A stretch of DNA of 64,000 nucleotides from an uncultured Candidatus Saccharibacteria bacterium (GCA_964355645.1 CAYHDI010000002.1:11452-75451), one strand, 5' to 3'. Shown: positions 19,417 through 29,876, counted from the first letter of the stretch. Numbers and translations are program-made. The notes: generated by a model from the letters alone, not told the origin.

Positions 19417-19605
19417 AAGATACGCTTATTACTGCCGATAGGTAATTTATAACGTATGTGTGCAACATTCGATGTTGAACACGAATAGCTAAAAAATTCT
19501 AATCGTGTAGAATGTTTTTAGACCCCCACGTCGAGGAGACCGAATGGCTCGCCACATTAAAATCCAAAAAGGAGGCACCCACGAGGTTCGCCCTCGTGTT
19601 TTCTT

Positions 19606-20727
19606 TTATTTATTCTCTACGAATGTGAGGGCCATCTTTTGTTCCTTCGGATCGAAAAGAGTAATTTTGAACGAATAACTTTTGCCCATTTCGAGTTTCT
19701 CTTTTAATTTGTCTTCACCGCCGAATTCAGAGACATGCACGAGGCCAGCCACACCTTCTTCAATAGAAGCGAGAGCACCGTGTTTGTTGTATTTGATGAT
19801 GACTCCGCTGACGAGATCATCCTTGTGATATTTCTTCTCTGCTTCTTTCCAAGGGTTTTCTTTCAAAGCTTTAATCGAGAGGGAAATCTTGTCATCCTTG
19901 ATTTCTATGATTTTCACTTTCACTTTCTCTCCGATTTTAAACATCGTCTTGGGATTTTCGACGAGACCCCAATCGATTTCAGAAATATGAACGAGACCTT
20001 CGAGCCCCTCTTCAATCTTCATGAACACCCCGAAGTCGACGAGACCAGTCACTTCACCCACGAGTTCATCACCGAGGGTGTAATGCGAAATAATGTTTTC
20101 TTTATTTTTGTTTTCAGGAGATTTCTCAGAGAAAATCAATTTTCCTTCCTTGGGATTGGCGCCGATGATAGTGACCGAAAGTTTTGTCCCAACAAGTTTG
20201 CGAAGTTCATCGAGGATTTTGTCCTTGTCTCCATCTGAAATACGAGGATAGTGTTCAGGTTTGAGTTGAGAAGCGGGTAGGAATCCGGAAATACCTTGCC
20301 AATTGATAATGAGTCCGCCCTTGTTCGCATCCGAAATAGGAAGTTCATAAATCCTCTTCGCATTGATGGCTTCCTCGGCTTCGCTCCAGATTAATGCTTG
20401 TCTAGCTTCCTTGAGAGAAACTTCGATGTAGCCTTCCTTGCCTCCGATACCTACAACCTTGCCGGCCACTATGTCGCCCACATTAATTTTCTTGATAATG
20501 TCGCGGGCATTTATAAATTCGCGACCATAAATAATACCCGTCCCGAATGGGGGCAAATCAATATAAACCGCGCCCTTGTCTATGGATATGACCGGACCTT
20601 CTATGACGTCATCTATGGATGGAGGAGTAACCGTATTGGAAACAATCTGACCCATGAGACTTGTGTCTTCTACGACAGGAGCCTTCTCTTTCTTTCCGCC
20701 AACTGGCGGATTATTCTTTTTTATCAA
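19606..20727 (-). CDS. rpsA: 30S ribosomal protein S1 (four S1 domains); start uncertain (TTG 20727 or ATG 20655)
   Basis: NKGGLII..GFLPASQL, DFGVF..EGLVHISEI repeats. Confidence 0.9.
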   Translation of the reverse strand: MIKKNNPPVGGKKEKAPVVEDTSLMGQIVSNTVTPPSIDDVIEGPVISIDKGAVYIDLPPFGTGIIYGREFINARDIIKKINVGDIVAGKVVGIGGKEGYIEVSLKEARQALIWSEAEEAINAKRIYELPISDANKGGLIINWQGISGFLPASQLKPEHYPRISDGDKDKILDELRKLVGTKLSVTIIGANPKEGKLIFSEKSPENKNKENIISHYTLGDELVGEVTGLVDFGVFMKIEEGLEGLVHISEIDWGLVENPKTMFKIGEKVKVKIIEIKDDKISLSIKALKENPWKEAEKKYHKDDLVSGVIIKYNKHGALASIEEGVAGLVHVSEFGGEDKLKEKLEMGKSYSFKITLFDPKEQKMALTFVENK

Positions 20728-20880
20728 ATTATTTGGCCATTCTCGGTCCTACTGTTTCAGAGTGTTTGCCTAAACAGAAGGGGATAACAAGAACGGGGAC
20801 TAATAAAGTGCCTCGCAAGGATAGCAGAAAATTTAAATTTTGTCTACGAAAATAAAATACTACTTTTTGTTACACTGTGA

Positions 20881-21352
20881 ATACACCTCACCCCGCCACG
20901 TCGGTCGTGGCGCCCCTCTCCTTGTTAAGGAGAGGGGAATATAAAGAAGATATTCATGCCAACATTACATAATCTGAATAGACTGAAAGACAGAAGGCGA
21001 GAATTACGTTCTCAAGGTACAACTACTGAAAAAATTCTTTGGAATGTTTTGCGAGACAATAGAACAGGTTTCAAATTCAAAAGACAACACAGTATTGGAG
21101 GATATATTCTAGATTTTTATTGTGCGGAAAAACACTTGATTATAGAAATCGATGGAGGTATACACAATTCTAAAGATCAAAAAGAATATGATTTTATTCG
21201 AGATAAATTTTTTAAAGACTTAAACTACAAAGTATTGAGATTAAAAAACGACGAGGTAGAAAATAATCTTGTGATAGTAATAAGAAAGATTAAAGAAGCC
21301 TTGCATTAGTCCCCCTCACCTTAGCAAGGAGAGGGGCAGGGGTGAGGTGTAT
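20881..21352 (+). mobile_element. Putative DUF559-nuclease element: 14-bp terminal inverted repeats plus two core palindromes around the gene
   Basis: atacacctcacccc (20881-20894) / ggggtgaggtgtat (21339-21352); cores at 20913-20937 and 21312-21336. Confidence 0.65.
20956..21309 (+). CDS. DUF559 / Vsr-like endonuclease
   Basis: RRELR...TEKILW...FKRQHSIGGYILDFYC...IIEIDGGIH...DFIRD. Confidence 0.92.
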   Translation: MPTLHNLNRLKDRRRELRSQGTTTEKILWNVLRDNRTGFKFKRQHSIGGYILDFYCAEKHLIIEIDGGIHNSKDQKEYDFIRDKFFKDLNYKVLRLKNDEVENNLVIVIRKIKEALH

Positions 21353-21378
21353 GAATGAATTTTAGAATTTTACAACGT

Positions 21379-21643
21379 AAAACACGGCTATGTGGCCGTG
21401 TGTGTTTCTGACTGTAGCCAGAGGGGGGAGCCCAGGGCCGGGTATTAACCGACCCTTGGGCATGAAGGCAGTTTGTACTTTGTCGACTAGCCTCTGTCTT
21501 CGTAAGCACGGAGGTTCCGAGTGGTTGAGAGTCTCCTTCGCGAGCTCTAGGTTGTGAGAGGCGCATCGCGCTCCCTTTTTGACAGTGGTCGTCGCGTGAC
21601 CCTGTTCTTCATCCACCCTAGCATACTATGCAAATATTGTCAA
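21379..21643 (-). other. Promoter-to-terminator unit without a clean ORF (decayed cassette or ncRNA)
   Basis: TTGACA(21643-21638), 17 nt, TAGGGT with TG extension; terminator acacggc/gccgtgt + T. Confidence 0.4.
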
Positions 21644-21746
21644 GCAATAAAATAGAAAAAAGTCAATGGTGGCTATATAGAGCCATAATCTTTATTAAAA
21701 TTGAGTGGAAAAGGATTCTAAAATATGATAGAATAATAGAACAAAA

Positions 21747-22328
21747 ATGATAATCACTTATCAAGGACTCGAGGCGTTTAGAATCTCTCATGGAGATTTA
21801 TCTTTGTCTGTAAACCCAAGGTCAAAATTAACTGACGACATAACCTTAGTTAGTTCAAAGCCTTTCATGACCGAGAGCAAAGGTTTCCTTATTAATGGTC
21901 CCGGAGAATATGAGGTGAAAGATATTGTGGTGAGGGGCTTTCTCTCTGAGACTACGTACGAAGGGGCCAAACTCAATACCATTTATCAGATTTCTATGGA
22001 AGGAATAAATATTTGTTTTCTCGGAGCTCTCTCAAATCCCACGCTTTCTTCTGAGGCCTTCGAAGCGCTTGAAGATATCGATATACTTTTTGTACCAGTC
22101 GGAGGGAATCCGCCAGCTGGCGAAGTACTTGATGCCGCCTCGGCTTACAAACTAGCAGTGTCTCTCGAACCCGCGATTATTATTCCGATGCATTATGACG
22201 AGAAGTCTTTGAAGCAGTTTTTGAAAGAAGGGGGGGAAGAAGGGATGAAGCCGATTGACAAATTGGTTATAAAAAAGAAAGATTTGGAAGGCAAAGAAGG
22301 GGAGATAGTAGTGCTCAAAGAAGAGTAA
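21747..22328 (+). CDS. MBL-fold (Lactamase_B_3-like) protein with degenerate metal motif
   Basis: GPGEYEVK, DIDILFVPVGG, IIIPMHY. Confidence 0.8.
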   Translation: MIITYQGLEAFRISHGDLSLSVNPRSKLTDDITLVSSKPFMTESKGFLINGPGEYEVKDIVVRGFLSETTYEGAKLNTIYQISMEGINICFLGALSNPTLSSEAFEALEDIDILFVPVGGNPPAGEVLDAASAYKLAVSLEPAIIIPMHYDEKSLKQFLKEGGEEGMKPIDKLVIKKKDLEGKEGEIVVLKEE

Positions 22329-22343
22329 AAAGTCAAAAGTAAA

Positions 22344-22691
22344 ATGAAACAATATTTAAGAACGGTTCATCAAAGGTCGCCAGCACACAAGAAGCGTTTT
22401 GCTCTGGCGGTCTCTGGATGTGTCACCCTAACTATTTTTGGAGTTTGGTCGTTTGTGGTTTTCGGGAACAAAAATCCAATTTTGGCCGAGAATCCTAATC
22501 CTAGCGTTGCCGTAGTTTCTGTGTCAGCGGACAATTCCAACGTGTCTTCTCCGTTTGATGATATCAGCAGTGGTATTGCCGGCGTTTTCGAAGCGATTAA
22601 AAATCAATTTGGACAAGTGAAGCAATCTGTCAATTCGATTGACGTTCAAAATAAGTACGAAGAGGTACGCAATCAAGCCCTGACCAACTAA
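22344..22691 (+). CDS. Hypothetical single-TM protein
   Basis: ORF in operon context; KKRFALAVSG..TM. Confidence 0.7.
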   Translation: MKQYLRTVHQRSPAHKKRFALAVSGCVTLTIFGVWSFVVFGNKNPILAENPNPSVAVVSVSADNSNVSSPFDDISSGIAGVFEAIKNQFGQVKQSVNSIDVQNKYEEVRNQALTN

Positions 22692-22696
22692 TATGG

Positions 22697-22775
22697 TCCC
22701 GTTAGAAGAAACAAATAATATGAAAAATGATAATGTTATAAATATGAGATTAATAAGAAATAACTTCTAACGGGA
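22697..22775. repeat. MITE-like 12-bp inverted repeat element at the gyrA start
   Basis: tcccgttagaag ... cttctaacggga around a 55-nt AT-rich spacer; ATGG on both sides. Confidence 0.7.
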
Positions 22776-25222
22776 TGGATGACAAAGGACACAACAAGGT
22801 AGTTTCTCGCTCTATTGTCACAGAGATGAAGGAATCCTTCATCAACTATGCGATGTCGGTCATTACTGACCGCGCCCTGCCCGATGTTCGCGACGGTTTG
22901 AAGCCGGTGCATCGACGCATTCTTTATTCAATGAATGAGAAGGGTTTGACCGCGAGCGCGAAGAGTCGCAAATCAGCAACCGTGGTCGGAGATGTGCTCG
23001 GCTCGTATCACCCACACGGCGATTCTTCGGTATACGAAGCGATGGTCAAACTGGCTCAAGATTTTTCTACGAGATATCCTCTCATCATTGGACAAGGAAA
23101 CTTTGGTTCTATAGATGGAGATGGTGCGGCTGCGTACAGATACACAGAAGCGAAAATGAGCAAATTGGCGAGTGAACTTTTGAAAGATATAGACAAGGAC
23201 ACCGTTGATTTCAAAGCGAACTATGATGGGACGAAGTATGAGCCGACTGTTTTACCTGCCGCTGTGCCTAATCTTCTTTTGAATGGCACACTCGGCATCG
23301 CGGTGGGCATGGCTACGAACATTCCTCCGCACAATCTCGGCGAAGTAGTCGACGCGTGTGTGCATCTGATCGATAATACTGAAGCGACCACCGAAGATTT
23401 GCTTCAATTTGTTCAAGGCCCCGACTTCCCAACCGGAGGAATTATTTTTAATCAAAAAGAAATTCATCATGCGTATGCCACAGGTCGCGGAGGTGTGGTG
23501 ACGAGAGGAGTGGCAGAAATTGTGGAGAACAAAGCGGGAAATTTCCAAATTGTTATTTCCGAAATTCCGTTTCGAGTGAACAAAGCGGATTTGATTACCA
23601 AGATTGCTGACCTTGTTCGAGAAAAAAAGATTGAGGGAATAAAAGCTTTGCGTGATGAGTCGACCAAGGATATTCGTATTGCCATAGATCTCAAAACAGG
23701 TAGTCAGCCGCAGAAAATTTTGAATAGTTTGTACAAACATACTCAACTTGAAGATACTTTCCATTTCAACATTGTGGCTCTCGTAGACGGAGTGCCGAGA
23801 ACGCTTTCACTCAAAAGTATTCTCGAAGAATTCCTCATTCATCGTTCGATTGTGGTCAAACGTCGAACTCAATTTGATTTAAAGAAGGCTGAAGAGAGGG
23901 AACACATTCTGCTTGGTTTGAAGAAAGCACTCGACCATATCGACGAAATTATCAAACTCATTCGAGCTTCGAAGAGTGTGGATGATGCGCGTGCTTCTCT
24001 TATCAAAGAATTTAAATTCAGTGTGCTTCAGGCGAATGCGATTCTTGAAATGAAGCTTTCGAAGCTCGCTGGTCTTGAACGACAGAAAGTTTTGGACGAG
24101 TTGAAAGAAGTTCAGGCGTTGATTGAATCTTTGAAAGAAATTCTTTCGTCTTCGAAGAAAATTTTGGCTATCGTGAAATCCGAATTGAAAGAAATTAGAG
24201 ACAAATACGCTGATCCTCGACGCACAAAGGTGGTTAAGGGCGGAGCGAAAATCCTTTCGGTCGAAGATATGATTGCTGATGAAGAAAATGCGCTCGTGCT
24301 CACGAGTGGTGGCTATATCAAACGCACTAACCCTGATGAATACAAGAAACAGAAACGCGGGGGAGTCGGGGTAGTCGACCTTGATACCAAAGAAGAAGAT
24401 TTCGTCACTCATTTCCTCACTGCCTCAACTCATTCGGATCTTCTCTTCTTCACAGACAAGGGCAAGGCTTATCAAATCAAAATGTATGATATCCCCGAAG
24501 GTAAACGCGCCACGAAAGGCAAGTCCATCATGAACTTCATCGCTCTTTCGGATGATGAGAAAGTCACTTCAATCCTGCCGGTTCCCAAGGAGGCAAAAAT
24601 TCCTCCAGCTGGCGGAGAAGGTGCATTGTGCATGGTGACGGAGCAAGGTGTGACGAAGAAAGTCAGGGCCTTGAGTTTCCACGATGTGCGTTCATCAGGA
24701 ATAATCGCTATTAAACTTTCCGCGGGCGACAGACTCATCTCGGTTTCTCTCGTGACCAAGGACGATGATGTTTCTATTGTAACCATGAATGGCCAATCAA
24801 TTAGATTTAAAGAATCTGATATTCGTGAGATGGGTCGAAATGCCGGAGGTGTTCGAGGTATTAAATTGGACAAGGGAGACAAAGTAGTCGGCGCGCATGA
24901 AATCAAATCAGATTGGAAATCTGCGCACCTCCTCGTCATCTCGGCGAACGGCTACGGCAAGCGCACCAAGCTTTCTGAATACAAAGTTCAAGGCCGAGGT
25001 GGTTCAGGAGTCCTCACTTCAAATGTGACGGCGAAAACGGGCAAAGTGATTTCTTCGCAAGTGGTGACTGAAGCCGAAGAAGAAGTGGTCGCTATTTCCA
25101 AGAAGTCTCAAGTGGTTCGTGTTGATTTGAAAGAAATCCCAGTCTTAGGTCGACAGACCCAAGGTGTTCGTATTATGAAACTTCGAGAAGGGGATTCACT
25201 CGCTTCACTAATCTGTTTGTAA
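22775..25222 (+). CDS. gyrA: DNA gyrase subunit A
   Basis: [32 protein letters not shown], GyrA box QKRGGVG. Confidence 0.98.
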   Translation: MDDKGHNKVVSRSIVTEMKESFINYAMSVITDRALPDVRDGLKPVHRRILYSMNEKGLTASAKSRKSATVVGDVLGSYHPHGDSSVYEAMVKLAQDFSTRYPLIIGQGNFGSIDGDGAAAYRYTEAKMSKLASELLKDIDKDTVDFKANYDGTKYEPTVLPAAVPNLLLNGTLGIAVGMATNIPPHNLGEVVDACVHLIDNTEATTEDLLQFVQGPDFPTGGIIFNQKEIHHAYATGRGGVVTRGVAEIVENKAGNFQIVISEIPFRVNKADLITKIADLVREKKIEGIKALRDESTKDIRIAIDLKTGSQPQKILNSLYKHTQLEDTFHFNIVALVDGVPRTLSLKSILEEFLIHRSIVVKRRTQFDLKKAEEREHILLGLKKALDHIDEIIKLIRASKSVDDARASLIKEFKFSVLQANAILEMKLSKLAGLERQKVLDELKEVQALIESLKEILSSSKKILAIVKSELKEIRDKYADPRRTKVVKGGAKILSVEDMIADEENALVLTSGGYIKRTNPDEYKKQKRGGVGVVDLDTKEEDFVTHFLTASTHSDLLFFTDKGKAYQIKMYDIPEGKRATKGKSIMNFIALSDDEKVTSILPVPKEAKIPPAGGEGALCMVTEQGVTKKVRALSFHDVRSSGIIAIKLSAGDRLISVSLVTKDDDVSIVTMNGQSIRFKESDIREMGRNAGGVRGIKLDKGDKVVGAHEIKSDWKSAHLLVISANGYGKRTKLSEYKVQGRGGSGVLTSNVTAKTGKVISSQVVTEAEEEVVAISKKSQVVRVDLKEIPVLGRQTQGVRIMKLREGDSLASLICL

Positions 25223-25229
25223 AACCTCT

Positions 25230-25997
25230 ATGAGTTTTTTCAAATTTAATAAAGAAGTAAAAACAGAGGACTTAAAACTTTCAGATTATGATCAAATTTG
25301 GACAAAATTTTGTTTTCTTGATGAGACTGGTACTTTAAGTGATCAAAAAGATCAATATTTTACAGTTGGAATATTAAAGATGAGTCAGCCGTATTACTTA
25401 CAAAGTAGATTGTATTTTGAAAGAAGCAGGATTAGATTTTATGATGAAGTAAAATTTAACAAATTATCAAAAAACAATTTAGCTTTTGCCAAAATAGCAA
25501 TAGACGCATTATTTGAAACAAAAAGTGTTAATTTCTACTCATACTCAATTGGTACTAAAAGTGATTATTATTTAAAGAATTTTGATAAGAACCCATGGTT
25601 GGCTTACGAACAGATAACACTTAAGCTTTTGGGTGCGGCATTATCTGCTCATGAAATCATAGTTCTTGTTGCTGATTATGTAACAACTCCAAAAGAAATA
25701 CGTTTTGAAGTTGATGTGAAAAAACACTTTAATTTAGCAAATAGACGACTAGCCTTGGCGGGTGTGTGCAGATTTGATTCAAAATCAAACGATTTACTTC
25801 AATTAACAGATCTTTTAATAGGAGCAATAACTTATGATGTTAAGTTTAAAAAAGGTCTTGTTCCTGGATCAAAATATAAAATAGAGCTGGTTGAATATCT
25901 AAAATCAAAACTAGGAACAGACTCTTTTGTGGAAGGTTTCAAGAATCATAATTTCAACGTTTTTGTTGATAAGACAGATTGTTTGGGCGAGAGATAA
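25230..25997 (+). CDS. DUF3800-family protein
   Basis: FLDETG near the N-terminus and SKSNDLLQLTDLLIG (QxxD) near the C-terminus; AT-rich. Confidence 0.85.
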   Translation: MSFFKFNKEVKTEDLKLSDYDQIWTKFCFLDETGTLSDQKDQYFTVGILKMSQPYYLQSRLYFERSRIRFYDEVKFNKLSKNNLAFAKIAIDALFETKSVNFYSYSIGTKSDYYLKNFDKNPWLAYEQITLKLLGAALSAHEIIVLVADYVTTPKEIRFEVDVKKHFNLANRRLALAGVCRFDSKSNDLLQLTDLLIGAITYDVKFKKGLVPGSKYKIELVEYLKSKLGTDSFVEGFKNHNFNVFVDKTDCLGER

Positions 25998-25999
25998 GA

Positions 26000-26049
26000 C
26001 AAATGAAAAAGGGCTATCGTCCTAACGGTCGACGCCCTTTTTCGGTACT
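26000..26049 (-). ncRNA. Candidate DUF3800-associated small RNA
   Basis: Promoter TTGACT(26083-26078), 17 nt, TAAGCT; stem gaaaaagggc/gccctttttc enclosing gtcg-a-cc-GTTA-gg-a-cgat. Confidence 0.6.
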
Positions 26050-26250
26050 TCTAAAGCTTATACTAAGATTTTATAAAAGTCAAAGCTATCCACACCTAGT
26101 ATTTTTTAGTTTTTTAAAATCACAAAAATGCCCAAATGTAGGCGTTTTTTGTCGCTCGAAAAATATTTGACAAGAATAGTTAAATGTGCTAGGATGAACG
26201 TAGACAGGCGAATGCCCACTGAACATCACATTCCTCGTTGGAGGTGTTGA

Positions 26251-26463
26251 ATGCGCAAAAACGAGTTGTTTCCGGGTATGTTAGTATGGAATCGAATATC
26301 AGGGACCATAGGATTTGTGCGAGGGCACCAAGTCAAAGGGTTGTTACCTTCGGATTCTGAACACGTGAAAATTCGGACAACAAACCAGCTGGAGAATGGA
26401 CGTAGGGTGGTAAGCAGATATGTCATTTGGAAATGCAAGAATCTTTCAAGAAGTTGCTGTTAA
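26251..26463 (+). CDS. Small basic ORFan cassette
   Basis: TTGACA, 17 nt, TAGGAT promoter (26167-26195); SD GGAGG; terminator 26479-26502. Confidence 0.6.
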   Translation: MRKNELFPGMLVWNRISGTIGFVRGHQVKGLLPSDSEHVKIRTTNQLENGRRVVSRYVIWKCKNLSRSCC

Positions 26464-26550
26464 AAGGAAAGATACATTGCCCCGGCGCGTTCGCGCCGGG
26501 GCGCACACCCGAGGAAATTCCTCTAGGTGTTTTTTTGTTATAATAAATAC

Positions 26551-27051
26551 ATGTTTTCTGATCCTCTAAAAAATACTTTTGAGTTTGGGTTTATACCCGG
26601 AGAGACGGTGGCGGATTTCGGCAGTGGGGCGGGGCATTATTCTTATGCACTTTCGAGTACAGTCGGGCCGAGTGGGAAGGTCATTGCGATAGATATTCAG
26701 AAAGAAATGCTCGTCCGATTAAAGAATGAAGCAGAGAAAGACGGCCGGACAAATATTGAGACAATTTGGGGCGATGTGGAGAAGTTGAACGGGACTCATA
26801 TTCGAGATGAAGCGACTGCCGGAGCTGTCCTTTCAAATATTCTTTCTATGGTTGAAGATAAAGATACAACAATTCGTGAAGCGAAGAGGATTGTACGTCC
26901 GGGGGGCAAAATTTGTATTGTTGAATGGTCGAACAAAATTCCGAAAGAAAAAATGAAAGAAATGTTTGAGTCTGAAAGTCTAAAGTTTGAAAGGACATTC
27001 GATGCGGGGTCACATCATTACAGTATGATTTTTAAAAAACCTATCGCATGA
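26551..27051 (+). CDS. Class I SAM-dependent methyltransferase
   Basis: VADFGSGAG, VIAIDI, IVRPGGKI. Confidence 0.88.
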   Translation: MFSDPLKNTFEFGFIPGETVADFGSGAGHYSYALSSTVGPSGKVIAIDIQKEMLVRLKNEAEKDGRTNIETIWGDVEKLNGTHIRDEATAGAVLSNILSMVEDKDTTIREAKRIVRPGGKICIVEWSNKIPKEKMKEMFESESLKFERTFDAGSHHYSMIFKKPIA

Positions 27052-27063
27052 TAAGATAAATAT

Positions 27064-28359
27064 ATGTCAAAGTTTCAGCTCATTCTTCTCGTTTCATTCG
27101 GAGCCTTCATTATCATTGCTGTTCTCTTGTTCTCTTTCTATAGAAGCTCCGGAGGAACTCAAACAGCGAATATTGTGATTTGGGGAGATATTTCTGCCGA
27201 AGATTTCAATACACTTTCAAACAATGTCGGATTCGCGAATGACCGTACTCTCGTTCTTCAGTATTCCTTTAAAGATCCATCCACTTTCGACACTACTTTC
27301 ACCGAAGCTCTCGCTCTCGGCAGTGGACCGGACCTCGTGTTCCTTTCTCAAGACAAAATTTATAGAGAAAGAAACAAAATTCTCGTCATTCCTTCGTCTT
27401 CAGTTAGTCAGAAAGACTTCTCAAATACATTCATAGATGAAAGTGATTTGTTTCTAACTTCAAACGGAGTCTATGCCCTGCCTCTTTCTGTTGACCCACT
27501 TGTCCTCTACTACAACCGTGATTTACTTTCGAAAGCTTCCCTTGCTTTCCCGCCTGCGTTTTGGGATCAAATGTATAGCTACGCGAACAAGCTAACAACG
27601 AAGGACGGAGCAGGGAACATCACGAAGTCCGTCTTGGCTCTCGGCGAGGCGAAGAATATTCCAAATTCGAAAAACATCCTTTCTCTCCTGATGCTTCAAG
27701 CGGGCACACCTATCACCGATATCCCAAGCGATACTCAGACACCAAAACTACAAGCCGAGTTGACTAACAATTTCAATCTACCGCTTAATCCAGCGAATTC
27801 AGCTTTGGATTTTTATACTCAGTTCGCGAATCCAGCGAAGCCGTTTTATTCGTGGAATAGATCTCTCCGCAATGCGAATGTGAATTTTGTTTCTGGCGAC
27901 AGCGCGCTCTATATTGGATTTGCCAGTGAATTGCGCGAACTGCGAGCCAAGTCCCCAACTCTAAATATCGGAATCGCTCTCGTTCCTCAATCAAGGGTTT
28001 CAGGCAAATCGATGACGTACGGAACTCTACGAGGAGTGGCCATTTCGAAGGGCTCGAAGAATCCGAGCGCGGCTCTTCGAGCCGCGCTCCTCCTGTCCTC
28101 CGCGAACACGAGCCTCGCGTTGTCCAAAATCCTCCAACTTCCTCCTCCTCGTCGAGATTTGCTTTCGAACAAACCGACGGATACGGCCAGCGGTGTTTTC
28201 TATGACTCAGCCATTCAATCTCGCGGTTGGCTTGATCCAGATGATGCGGAGACGGCTTCGATTTTCACCAACATGATTGAATCAGTCACTTCCGGCCGAG
28301 CACGAGTGGATGAAGCTATAAGTACTGCGCAGGATCAAATTAATACTTTAATCAAATAA
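27064..28359 (+). CDS. Extracellular solute-binding protein (family 1-like)
   Basis: N-terminal TM; LALGSGPDL, ALPLSVDPLVLYYNRDL. Confidence 0.85.
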   Translation: MSKFQLILLVSFGAFIIIAVLLFSFYRSSGGTQTANIVIWGDISAEDFNTLSNNVGFANDRTLVLQYSFKDPSTFDTTFTEALALGSGPDLVFLSQDKIYRERNKILVIPSSSVSQKDFSNTFIDESDLFLTSNGVYALPLSVDPLVLYYNRDLLSKASLAFPPAFWDQMYSYANKLTTKDGAGNITKSVLALGEAKNIPNSKNILSLLMLQAGTPITDIPSDTQTPKLQAELTNNFNLPLNPANSALDFYTQFANPAKPFYSWNRSLRNANVNFVSGDSALYIGFASELRELRAKSPTLNIGIALVPQSRVSGKSMTYGTLRGVAISKGSKNPSAALRAALLLSSANTSLALSKILQLPPPRRDLLSNKPTDTASGVFYDSAIQSRGWLDPDDAETASIFTNMIESVTSGRARVDEAISTAQDQINTLIK

Positions 28360-28363
28360 ATTT

Positions 28364-28696
28364 ATGCCTGGATGGGAACCACTTATTGTTTGTAGCAATC
28401 CACCAGATTTTCCTAAAGCTTGTGATTTTAATGCCTTGATTCTGCTCGTGAATCACCTCATTACTGATTTGATTCTTCTTTCGACTCTATTTGCTACAGC
28501 GGGGTTTGTTTATGTCGGTATCAAGCTCCTCACAGCCGGAGGGGATGAAGGGGCGATGAAGTCGGCCAAGAGTTCTGCGTGGGCAATTCTCAAAGGATTC
28601 TTGTGGATACTTGTAGCTTGGGTTTTGGTTTATACTATTACCAATGTCTTATTAAGTTCATCAGGTTATTCACTTCTAGGCGCCCCAACAAAATAA
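28364..28696 (+). CDS. VirB2/TrbC-like pilin 1
   Basis: TM-GIKLLTAGGDE...AK-TM. Confidence 0.75.
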   Translation: MPGWEPLIVCSNPPDFPKACDFNALILLVNHLITDLILLSTLFATAGFVYVGIKLLTAGGDEGAMKSAKSSAWAILKGFLWILVAWVLVYTITNVLLSSSGYSLLGAPTK

Positions 28697-29104
28697 ATGA
28701 AAAAACATCTTCCATTTCTGCTTGTCCTCGTTCTTCTCTTGAGTTTTTCAACGATGATTGTTCACGCACAACAAGCCGCAGGTCAACCAGGAGGGTCTCA
28801 AGCAACAGGTAATACCCAAAAAATAAACACGGGCATAGAAAATCCATTTGGTCCAAATGGGCCCACGAATCTCAAAGACCTTTTCACCCTTTTGATTAAC
28901 AATTTGCTCATCCCAATCGGCGGAGTGGCCGCGGTGCTCGCGTTTATTTATTCGGGCTTTCTATATGTGATGGCTCAAGGTGATGAGACGAAGATTAAAA
29001 CTGCTCATCGGGCGCTTCTCTATACTTCTATAGGCACAGCCGTGCTCCTCGGCGCGTGGGTTATCTCAAATGTGATTAGTGCTACTATCAATCAACTCAA
29101 ATGA
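28697..29104 (+). CDS. VirB2/TrbC-like pilin 2
   Basis: Signal peptide; IENP; IYSGFLYVMAQGDETKIKTA...IG. Confidence 0.8.
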   Translation: MKKHLPFLLVLVLLLSFSTMIVHAQQAAGQPGGSQATGNTQKINTGIENPFGPNGPTNLKDLFTLLINNLLIPIGGVAAVLAFIYSGFLYVMAQGDETKIKTAHRALLYTSIGTAVLLGAWVISNVISATINQLK

Positions 29105-29502
29105 GCGCTCCAACAGATTTCAAAAGTTTAGTAGGAATATTCATTGATCTCATCAACACAGCTCTTCCTGTCCTCGCCGGAGTCGGTTTGCTTGTTTTCT
29201 TTTGGGGTCTAGCGAAATTTATTCGAAATGCGGGCGATGCGAAGAATCATCAGGAGGGGAAAGATTTAATGATATGGGGAATAGTGGGTTTGTTTGTGTT
29301 GTTTTCAGTTTGGGGAATTGTGGGGTTTGTTCAATCGAGTTTTGGTATCAGAAGTATGCCTTTCGGAATTCCTTATCTTCCATCAAGCAATAATTCACAA
29401 ACGGGATTTTGTACCTATCCTAACGGCACCGTTGTCTCGGGCTATAGCCCGGCACAGTGTTTATCGGCCAAGGGTGGATGGAGCCCTGCCAGCAATATTT
29501 AG
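29101..29502 (+). CDS. VirB2/TrbC-like pilin 3 (C-terminal Cys pair)
   Basis: FFWGLAKFI...GKDLMIWGIVGLFV..SVWG. Confidence 0.8.
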   Translation: MSAPTDFKSLVGIFIDLINTALPVLAGVGLLVFFWGLAKFIRNAGDAKNHQEGKDLMIWGIVGLFVLFSVWGIVGFVQSSFGIRSMPFGIPYLPSSNNSQTGFCTYPNGTVVSGYSPAQCLSAKGGWSPASNI

Positions 29503-29519
29503 GACAAAATTAAATAATT

Positions 29520-29765
29520 ATGAAAGCTTTGATTCAAGCCACTGGAGGTATCATAAATCAGCTGATTATTATTGTGGCTGGATTGGCCTTAATCTATTTC
29601 TTTTGGGGGTTAGCGAAATTTATTTTTCACGCTGGTGATGTTGAGAAGCACGAAGAAGGCAGAAACATCATGATTTGGGGCGTCGTCGCTCTATTCGTGA
29701 TGGTGTCTGTCTGGGGGTTATTGAATTTTATTAGCTCTGCTCTCAATATCTGGAGCACTGTTTGA
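29520..29765 (+). CDS. VirB2/TrbC-like pilin 4
   Basis: FFWGLAKFI...GRNIMIWGVVALFVMVSVWG. Confidence 0.8.
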   Translation: MKALIQATGGIINQLIIIVAGLALIYFFWGLAKFIFHAGDVEKHEEGRNIMIWGVVALFVMVSVWGLLNFISSALNIWSTV

Positions 29766-29876
29766 TCTTTCGGTGCTTGTTTATAAGTGAATAACGGGGC
29801 TAGTATTCTGTCCATCCTCGGCGTATGATTAAAGCATACCGCATTCGGGTATATTAAAAGATAAATATATTTGTAA

